Assembly (NCBI GenBank): GCA_964016885.1
Contig: OZ024766.1
Location: 5,022,001-5,086,000, forward strand
Direction: 5' to 3'
Length of the DNA stretch: 64,000 nt
Origin: Eledone cirrhosa
Lineage: Eukaryota
A program made the translations under genes and the position numbers. The notes beneath the pieces are model-generated. The model made no database searches. It worked only from the letters and a program-made list of their open reading frames with translations, and was not told the origin of the DNA. This document shows, piece after piece, positions 54,227 through 64,000 of the stretch (the first letter of the stretch is position 1; the number at the start of each line of letters is the position of its first letter).

Positions 54227-54228
<2 letters not shown>
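54037..54228 (-). mobile_element. Hairpin-ended element H, copy 4
   Basis: AGGAAAAAGTATGA...CATACTTTTTCCT hairpin plus the shared tail. Confidence 0.75.
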
Positions 54229-54280
<52 letters not shown>

Positions 54281-54484
54281 GTGTGTGTATATGAGTAGAG
54301 AGAGAGAAAAACAGAGGACGAACTAACGGTTAAACCCCGCGAAACTTCTCTACTAGTAAACACACGCATGTATATATATATATATATATATACATACATG
54401 TGTGTATATATATAAACATGTATATATATTCACACACACATAACCACGTGTTTCGAAGTGTTAAAGCATATATAAATAATATAT

Positions 54485-54530
<46 letters not shown>

Positions 54531-54654
54531 GTACATACATATATATTGTATATATATATATGTATATACATATATATATATTGTGTATATACATATATGT
54601 ATATACATATATATATATACATATATATATATTGTGTATATACATATATATTTG

Positions 54655-55078
54655 TGTCTACTTTAGGCACAAGGCCAGCAATTACCCAGTTCATTACTGG
54701 TACTTTATTTTATCGACCCTGTAAGGATGAAAGGCAAAGTCAACCTCGGCGGGATTTGAACTCAGACCGTAAAGGGACGTAACTATGCTGGAAAGCATGG
54801 CGTCCGACCCTCTACCGATACTGCATATCCACCGCATATACATCAATATATATACATATATATTGATGTATATATATATATATACATACATACATGTATA
54901 TACATATATATTGTATACATATATATTATATATATATATATATTATATATCTAGATATCCTGAGTTCAAATCCCGCCGAGGTCAACTTTGCCTTTCATCC
55001 TTACGTTGTCGATAAAATAAAGTACCAGTAATGTACTGAGTGTATTTGCTGGCCTTGTGCCTAAAACATAAACAATTA
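54655..55078. mobile_element. Two SINE B copies in inverted orientation
   Basis: 54655-54835 (-) and 54960-55078 (+). Confidence 0.72.
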
Positions 55079-55109
55079 TATATCTAGATATAAAATTCAT
55101 ACATACATG

Positions 55110-55144
<35 letters not shown>

Positions 55145-55421
55145 AGAGAGAGAAATAATTCTTTAATTATCCGTTTAATCCCTCGTCAGATCATGTATGG
55201 AGGTTGTGCAGCAACTTGCAGTATAAAAGCAACAGGAAAAGGTGCAGTGATGTGATGTTATGTTGCAGACGAGCACCGACTGTAGTATAAGATAATCAGA
55301 GGCTGAAGGAAAAGAATAGATACCGGAAGTTCAAGGGAGAGAACTCCTGTGTAACTCGCTCCTTAGCCGGCGGCCATTGCTATGCTATTTATATCAACTA
55401 CCTATGTACAGAAATTTAACT

Positions 55422-55868
55422 ACAGGCTGGCTGGTCCGAAAGTCTTGTCACATATTGTTTTAACTCTCATTACTTTTTGTTTTAATAACATAATATGTTT
55501 CTACTTTTGGCACAAGGCCAGGAAATCATCCAGTACATTACTGGTACTTTATTTTATCGATCACGTAAGGATGAAAGGCAAAGTTAACCTCGGCGGGATT
55601 TGAACTCGGAATGACAAGGGCTGTAACTCTATGCTGCAAGGCATGGCGTCCGACCCTCTACTGATACTGCCAATCCACCATAATCATATAATTTCCCATT
55701 TCAAAGCTCCTACAGTTTGGAAGAGAGGCCGCTTGCAAACGTATGGACACATGATCATATGCATTCTGGAAAGAGCATGGAGGGTGTGCGACATGACTTC
55801 ACTGCAATAGGAACATAAACTTTTCTCATTACTTTTTGGTAGGGGGGGTGACAAGACTTTTGGACAGA
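55422..55868. mobile_element. Tc1-like MITE interrupted by a SINE B insertion (55495-55680)
   Basis: GTCCGAAAGTCTTGTCAC / GTGACAAGACTTTTGGAC inverted termini. Confidence 0.55.
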
Positions 55869-57249
55869 AATTTGACTAGAAAACTCCATGAACTAATTCT
55901 TCAAAAGCCTTCTTTTAATATTTTTATATTTCTGTTCTTTAAATAAAAAATATTTTCAATTTCTTTTACATGTTCTGTTGTTTGTGAACGACACCACAAC
56001 ACTTTTTGATTTGAAAATGTTGAAAGTAGGTTTATAAGTATGAATTTTCAACAGATTGTTGAAGTTGTCTTTGTAGCCTATCGGTAGGTACTAGAGACGG
56101 TGGAGATCCTGGCCTTGGGTTCCATCCTGGACAAGAGGTACATGTAACATTTTTTTTCAGTTTTTGTTTTACAACCCATAGAAAAAAATTGAAAAATTCT
56201 TACCAGGAACCCTACTACCGACCTGGACCACCATTGTCTATGATTCCTCCAGCCGTAGAAAACCCGCCAGACAGTCCTCTGCGAGCAAGACAACCACTCT
56301 TGCCTCAAGTGGGAAAACTCCCGTCCAAACCCATGCAAGCGTGGAAGATGGACGTTAAACGACAATGATGATGATGATATATATATATATATATACACTT
56401 TGTTTTGAAAATGTTGAAAGTAGGTTTATAGGTATGAATTTTCATAAGGTGTTTGTAGTTGTCTCTGTGGCCAAGTGGTAATTACTAGAGACGATGGAGA
56501 TCCTGGTCAAGAGGTACATGTAATGTTTTTCAGTTTTTATTTTACAACCAATAGAAAAAAACTGAAAAAGTTTACCGGGAACCCTACCCCCGACCAGGAA
56601 CCCTACCCCCAACCAGGATCGAACCTCAGACCTGGATCACCACCGTCTATGATTCCTCCAACTCAGCCACCGAGACAGCTACAAAAGTATAATGAAAATT
56701 GATAATTATAAACCTACTTTCAAAATCAAAGTTAGAAAGATGTGGTGGCGTTCATGGCTTTCCTAGAGCTATTAGTAATATTTAGGGTCGACTTCTGGTC
56801 ATTATTGAAAGTCTCTGGATTTCGCAAAATACATATTTTTTATTGGAGAAGGTAACATATTTCTCTGCAAAAATCTCATTGCACTGTTTTGTTTCCACTT
56901 GTGTAGTTTTCGAAAATGTTATTTATTCATTATAAAAATTAAATGATAGCATTCTATATGTAGGTGGGCCCCCTTCATCTCCTGGCAACCAATATTTTTA
57001 GACCCAGTCCACCACTGCTCATAGGTTCAATATTATGCAAGATAAAGCGCTTATCATGAAAATACAATAGTATATATACAGTAATGTAAATGCTAAAGGG
57101 TTAAAATAAAATCTTTCAATATATTTTTATATTTGAAACTGACATTAAGTTACTGTCTTACCACCCTGGTTCTATGACACAAAACCTCCCATTTTAAAGG
57201 GTTCCCATTTAGATTAAAACCTTCCAACGTAATTTTATACGAGAGCCAT

Positions 57250-57650
57250 ATGTTCTGCAGCAAGCTGGTGCAGTCTGCAACTAACCCTGGCTCTGCTGCA
57301 CTTCAGACAGTGACAGTCGATCGACTTTCGCCAAATCGGACCAAGGGAACAATGTTTCCGTTGGTCTTTCCAATTGCTAATACTATCTATCGGTCGCAAC
57401 TCCAGGTAGAAGGAGCAACGTGAAATAAAGTGTCTTGCTCAAGGACATAACGCATCGCCCGGTCCAGGAATCGATCTCACAACCTCACGATTGCGAATCC
57501 AATTCTCTAACCATTCAGCCACGCGCCTTCACTTCAGGCAGAGGAGGGTAAACTCTCCAAATATTTGTTGCTATCTAACAGGTTTACGATCGAACCCGTA
57601 GCAGTGGAGACTTCTGGTGTCCCTGGCCCTAGGGCTATCTCCCTGCACAT
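57250..57650 (+). mobile_element. Relic of an RLE-type (CRE/R2-like) non-LTR retrotransposon C-terminus, split by a SINE
   Basis: Joined frame SATNPGSAALQAEEGKLSKYLLLSNRFTIEPVAVETSGVPGP (K..KY and PVAVET.G motifs). Confidence 0.65.
57307..57529 (-). mobile_element. tRNA-derived SINE with an 8-bp target-site duplication
   Basis: CACTTCAG at 57299-57306 and 57530-57537; tRNA-like head and the central domain shared with SINE A. Confidence 0.78.
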
Positions 57651-58384
57651 CAGTACAGAGCTGGCTTCCCACAATTACTATCTTAGTAAGGAAATAAATA
57701 ATAATTCTAGTAAAATCAGCTCTGGTTCGATAACACAAAACCTTCTCTATTTATATTAAAATTTTCATATAAGAACCTAAAATTATTTTATTATTGACTT
57801 TGCCTTTCATCCTTACGGGGTCGATAAAATAAAGTACCAGTAATGCACTGGGTAATTGCTGGCCTTGTGCCTAACGTAGAAACCATTAATTAAATAATTA
57901 ATAATTTTAGTAATTCCCTCAAAATTCTTCATTAAATGAAATACAGAGTATTTCATTAGAGATATGGTCATGAAAGTGTCAGCAGCCAGCCCATATCCTT
58001 CACTTTCATATAACTTACCTTCCTCCAACTCTTGGTCCTTATTCAGTCTCCACTATTAAGGGTCACTCTTGTTCTTTGCCCACATATTCCAGAGAGAGTC
58101 ATGAGGGGGCACTGTCCCCAAATCAACATATGTTGATTTAAAACTGAACTATCCACAAGTGTTTTGTAACCTTCATATCATGTCTTCCTATTTTATCTGA
58201 TGAAAACACAAATATTATTGCATGGTGATGTTTGTTTTTGAAATGCGCATAATAAAATACATGAACTCTTTTAACCATCTTTTGTTCTTATATATTGTGT
58301 ATACTCCAGTCCTACAAACTGTAGAGTGCTTCTTATCCGATATCTGCATTGCTTTATTGTACTACAATAAAACTCACCTCCTAC

Positions 58385-58419
<35 letters not shown>

Positions 58420-58465
58420 TAATATTTCAATGCCACTGGTGTCAAGTTGTAATAGCCTTTGTCTT

Positions 58466-60233
58466 TCATCATCATCATTTTACGTCCGCTTTTCCCTGCT
58501 TGCAAGGGTGGGACGGGTCTTATTCAGCACAGCATCTCTCCACTCGTCACGGTCCCTCGTCATCTCCACCGTGAGCTTCAATGATCTGAGGTCTGTTCTC
58601 ACCACCTCCGCCCATGTTTTTCGTGGTCTACCTCTACCACGTCTTCCTTCAACTGGCATTTCCTGGCACTTCTTCACCCATCGGTCATCCTCCATGCGCA
58701 TGACATGTCCATACCACCTCAGTCTCCTCTCCCGCACACTACATTCTATCCCTCTCAGACACAGTTTCTCTCTCAACACATCACATGTCCATACCACCTC
58801 AGTCTCCTCTCCCGTACACTACATTCTATCCCTCTCAGACACAGTTTCTCTCTCAACACATCACATGTCCATACCACCTCAGACTTCTCTCTCGCACACT
58901 ACATTCTATCCCTCTCAGACGCAGTTTCTCTCTCAACACATCACATGTCCATACCACCTCAGTCTCCTCTCCTGTACACTACATTCTATCCCTCTCAGAC
59001 ACAGTTTCTCTCTCAACACATCACATGTCCATACCACCTCAGTCTCCTCTCCCGCACACTACATTCTATCCCTGTCAGACACAGTTTCTCTCTCAACACA
59101 TCACATGTCCATACCACCTCAGTCTCCTCTCCCGTACACTACATTCTATCCCTGTCAGACACAGTTTCTCTCTCAACACATCACATGTCCATACCACCTC
59201 AGTCTCCTCTCCTGTACACTACATTCTATCCCTCTCAGACACAGTTTCTCTCTCAACACATCACATGTCCATACCACCTCGGTTTCCTCTCTCACACACT
59301 ACATTCTATCCCTCTCAGACACAGTTTCTCTCTCAACACATCACATGTCCATACCACCTCAGTCTCCTCTCTCGCACATTACATTCTATCCCTCTCAGAC
59401 ACAGTTTCTCCTCAACACATCACATGTCCATACCACCTCAGTCTCCTCTCCCGTACACTACATTCTATCCCTCTCAGACACAGTTTCTCTCTCAACACAT
59501 CACATGTCCATACCACCTCAGTCTCCTCTCCCGTACACTACATTCTATCCCTCTCAGACACAGTTTCTCTCTCAACACATCACATGTCCATACCACCTCA
59601 GTCTCCTCTCCCGTACACTACATTCTATCCCTCTCAGACACAGTTTCTCTCTCAACACATTTATGCTGGGTCGTTCACGCACATTTACACTGCACATCCA
59701 ACGGAGCATGCTTGCCTCATTTCTCTCCAGCCGTTGCATATCTTCTGCGGTAGCTGCCCATGTCTCACTACCATGCAGCACCGCGCGCCTCACACAGGCA
59801 TCATACAACCGGCCTTTCGTACGCAGGGAGAAACCCTTCTTTGTCAACAGAGGAAGCAGCTCCCTAAACTTCTTCCAACCCGTCCTTATTCTAGATACTA
59901 TGGCCTCGGAACACCCTCCTCCCATGCTAATCTGATCTCCTAGGTACCGGAAGCTATCCACCACTTCTATAGCGCCCTCTCGCATTTGAAAAATGTGTCT
60001 ATCAGTGCGACTTCTACTGTCTAATTTCCCTGTACATCTACTGCATACATATTTCTCCCTACCTGTTAGTTTGCCTGCTATCCCGCTACATCTCTTGTGT
60101 ACCCAGGACCTACATTGTGTGCATTTTATAGAATTTATGCCAGTTCCTTTTCTGCATAGCGAACATGGCCATTTCCCTGACGGAATCAGGGTTTTGTCCT
60201 CTTTTCTACTCATCAACACTTTTGTCTTAGCTA
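58466..60233 (-). mobile_element. 5'-truncated RTE-clade LINE (Cys/His finger and RT C-terminus) with an internal 80-bp array (about 12 units, 58700-59660)
   Basis: WPCSLC...[46 protein letters not shown] motifs; (ATG)n tail. Confidence 0.9.
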
Positions 60234-60289
60234 GATTTTCTTGTGTATATATATACTGTATAGTGTATATATAGAGTATAGAGTTGTGT

Positions 60290-61207
60290 TCATCATTTTA
60301 TGTACGCTTTTCCTTGCTTGCAAGTGTATATATATATATATATACTGTAATCATCATCATTTTACGTCTGCTTTTCCCTGCTTGCATATATAATGTATAT
60401 AATTTATATATAATGTATAAAACGTCTGTATATATATATATATATATATGTTTCAATATCACTGATGCCAAGCTGTAATCAGCCGTCTTTCTCTTGTACA
60501 ACCTCTTCTATATAGAGTATAGTGTGTATATATATATATATATACACTGTGTAGTGTATACGCAATGAATAAAACGTGTGTATGTATGTATATATATTTA
60601 TGAGTTTTAATGGCACTTGTGCCAAGTTGTATCAGCCTTTGGCTTTCCCTTCGATATCTTATATAATATATATATAATGTATAGTGTGTGTATATATATA
60701 TACTGTAATCATCATCATTTTACGTCTGCTTTTCCCTACTTGCATATATAATGTATATATAATGTATAAAGCGTCTGTATATATATATATATGTTTCAAT
60801 ATCAGATGCCAAGCTGTAATCAGCCTTGTCTTTCTCTTGTACAACCTCTTCTATATAGAGTATAGTGTGTATATATATATATATATACACTGTGTAGTGT
60901 ATACGCAATGAATAAAACGTGTGTATGTATGTATATATATTTATGAGTTTTAATGGCACTTGTTCCAAGTTGTATCAGCCTTTGGCTTTCCCTTCGCTAT
61001 CTTATATAATATATATATAATGTATAAAGTGTGTGTATATATATATACTGTTATCATCATTTTACGTCTGCTTTTCCCTGCTTGCATATATAATGTATAT
61101 AATGTATATATAATGTATAAAGCGTCTGTATATATGTTTCAATATCAGATGCCAAGCTGTAATCAGCCTTGTCTTTCTCTTGTACAACCTCTTCTATATA
61201 GAGTATA

Positions 61208-61243
<36 letters not shown>

Positions 61244-61400
61244 TGTGTAGTGTATACGCAATGAATAAAACGTGTGTGTATGTATGTATATCTATGAGTT
61301 TTAATGGCACTTGTTCCAAGTTGTATCAGCCTTTGGCTTTCCCTTCTCTATCTTATATAATATATATATAATGTATAAAGTGTGTATATATATATATATA
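60290..61400. repeat. About 3 tandem copies of a 350-bp degenerate unit containing RTE/SINE tail pieces
   Basis: catcattttacgtctgcttttccctgcttgc...ttggctttcccttc repeated. Confidence 0.8.
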
Positions 61401-61716
61401 TAGTGTATATATACTGGCAAATTAGCCAAGTCGTTAGAACATCTTATAGAATGCTTTATGGTATTCGTTCCAGCTCTCTGAGTTTGAATCCTGCCGAGGT
61501 CAACTTTGCCTTTCATCCATTTTAGGTCGATAAAAAAAAAAAGTACCCATTAAATACTGGCGTTGATTCTCTCCTCTATAACCTTTTTCTCATCTTTCTC
61601 TGAGTTTAATGGCCACTGTGTTTCTATTGTTGAGTAACTTACCATATTTCTTGGCATCAAAGACAATACTTTTTTCCTAAAATAAGTCTCAAAAATTTAC
61701 CATGAGCCCCGAAGGT

Positions 61717-63331
61717 CATCATCATCATTTTTATGTCCACTTTTCCCTGCTTGCAAGGGTGAGACGGGAACTGATTCTGGCTTGATTTCTACAGCTGGAT
61801 GCCCTTCCTAACACCAACCTCATTTACAGTGAGTGCTGGGTGCTTTTTTGCCGTGGCACCCCCACGACCACTTTACAGTGAGTGCTGGGTGCTTTTTTGC
61901 CGTGGCACCCCCACGACCACTTTACAGTGAGTGCTGGGTGCTTTTTTGCCGCGGCACCTCCACGACCACTTTACAGTGAGTGCTGGGTGCTTTTTTGCCG
62001 TGGCACCTCCACGACCACTTTACAGTGAGTGCTGGGTACTTTCTTGCCGTGGCACATCCACGACCACTTTACAGTGAGTGCTGGGTGCTTTTTTGCCGTG
62101 GCACCTCCACGACCACTTTACAGTGAGTGCTGGGTGCTTTTTTGCCGTGGCACCTCCACGACCACTTTACAGTGAGTGCTGGGTGCTTTTTTGCCGTGGC
62201 ACCTCCACGGCCACTTTACAGTGAGTGCTGGGTGCTTTTTTGCCGTGGCACCCCCACGACCACTTTACAGTGAGTGCTGGGTGCTTTTTTTGCCGTGGCA
62301 CCTCCACGACCACTTTACAGTGAGTGCTGGGTGCTTTTTTTGCCGTGGCACCTCCACGACCACTTTACAGTGAGTGCTGGGTGCTTTTTTGCCGTGGCAC
62401 CCCCACGACCACTTTACAGTGAGTGCTGGGTGCTTTTTTGCCGTGGCACCCCCACGACCACTTTACAGTGAGTGCTGGGTGCTTTTTTTGCCGTGGCACC
62501 TCCACGACCACTTTACAGTGAGTGCTGGGTGCTTTTTTTGCCGTGGCACCTCCACGACCACTTTACAGTGAGTGCTGGGTGCTTTTTTGCCGTGGCACCT
62601 CCACGACCACTTTACAGTGAGTGCTGGGTGCTTTTTTGCCGTGGCACCTCCACGACCACTTTACAGTGAGTGCTGGGTGCTTTTTTGCCGTGGCACCCCC
62701 ACGACCACTTTACAGTGAGTGCTGGGTGCTTTTTTGCCATGGCACCCCCACGACCACTTTACAGTGAGTGCTGGGTGCTTTTTTGCCGTGGCACCCCCAC
62801 GACCACTTTACAGTGAGTGCTGGGTGCTTTTTTTGCCGTGGCACCTCCACGACCACTTTACAGTGAGTGCTGGGTGCTTTTTTTTGCCGTGGCACCTCCA
62901 CGACCACTTTACAGTGAGTGCTGGGTGCTTTTTTGCCGTGGCACCTCCACGACCACTTTACAGTGAGTGCTGGGTGCTTTTTTGCCGTGGCACCTCCACG
63001 ACCACTTTACAGTGAGTGCTGGGTGCTTTTTTGCCGTGGCACTTACACGACCACTTTACAGTGAGTGCTGGGTGCTTTTTTGCCATGGCACCTCCACGAC
63101 CACTTTACAGTGAGTGCTGGGTGCTTTTTTGCCGTGGCACCTCCACGACCACTTTGCAGTGCAATGATAGGGACCCTAGTCTCTATCATCTCATTTCTAC
63201 AGCTGAGTAAACTGGAGCAATGTGAAATAAAGTGTCTTGCTCAAGGAAACAACACATCACCCGGTCTGAGAATTGAACTCACAACCTTTCGATTGCAAGG
63301 CCAATGCTCTAACCACTAAGCCATGTGCCTT
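61717..63331 (-). mobile_element. SINE A with an internal 49-50 bp array (about 27 units, 61825-63160)
   Basis: Intact head (63270-63331) and tail (61717-61800) enclose the array. Confidence 0.9.
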
Positions 63332-63542
63332 CATCAGCAATATTAATATAAAAAACTACATTGATATTTATATTCAGCGATGGTCTCCGTCAGTGCTAGG
63401 ACTGTTAAGTTTGAAAGTCCAGCAGTTCTTCAAATACAAGAGATGTGTGGGTATACAAAAGAGGCAGTAACTGTGATGATACCATAGAGTGGTGATGATA
63501 TTTAATGGCAGAAATGAAATGGTGACCATGAATACAGAGAAA

Positions 63543-63581
<39 letters not shown>

Positions 63582-63668
63582 ATATGTTGTATATATGTAT
63601 CTATGTACATACATATACATATATGTATGTGTGTGTGTGTGTGTTTGTATGGCGTGTAGGTCTGTGTG

Positions 63669-63713
<45 letters not shown>

Positions 63714-63764
63714 TTGTGTGAGTACATTTTCATATGTACAAACGTGCATGTATATATGTATGTG

Positions 63765-63797
<33 letters not shown>

Positions 63798-64000
63798 ACA
63801 TATATATATATATGTATGTATATATGTGTGTATATATATGTATACATATATATATATGTATATATGTGTGTATATATATGTATATATATATATATATATA
63901 TGTATATATGTGTGTATCTATATCTATGTATACATATATATATATATATGTATGTATATATGTGTGTATATATATCTATGTATACATATATATATATATA

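Noticed and set aside
58349-59943. 528-aa and 412-aa plus-strand ORFs
   Set aside because: Antisense of the RTE fragment plus the 80-bp array.
61643-61676. SET-domain-like peptide EKSIVFDAKKYG
   Set aside because: Only 11 codons and no adjoining NHSC-containing exon found; kept only as a candidate micro-exon.
63374-63470. Possible coding exon near the window end
   Set aside because: All frames are short and unrecognised; no consistent splice pair.

Overview
Eukaryotic, AT-rich, microsatellite-saturated DNA. The tRNA-headed SINEs with RTE-type tails, the (TA)n/(CA)n density and the huge introns suggest a cephalopod (octopus-like) genome; this is inference. Two spliced minus-strand genes can be assembled from GT-AG exons with consistent phases. 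The first is the 5' part (3 coding exons) of a mitochondrial acetyl-CoA hydrolase/CoA-transferase (ASCT-like), which runs off the left edge. The second is a complete 5-exon, 166-aa peptidyl-tRNA hydrolase 2 (PTRH2). Nearly all other long ORFs in the track are repeat artefacts. The rest of the window is SINEs, CR1/RTE/RLE-type LINE fragments, Tc1/mariner and piggyBac-like MITEs, and minisatellites. Three patterns stand out: (a) several minimal hammerhead-ribozyme motifs of at least three sequence families, mostly beside TA tracts; (b) repeated conversion of internal pieces of transposons into tandem arrays, with un-amplified sister copies in the same window; (c) many long hairpins or fold-backs, including a family whose stem shows compensatory changes. 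Exon boundaries were read base by base; repeat boundaries and copy numbers are approximate.
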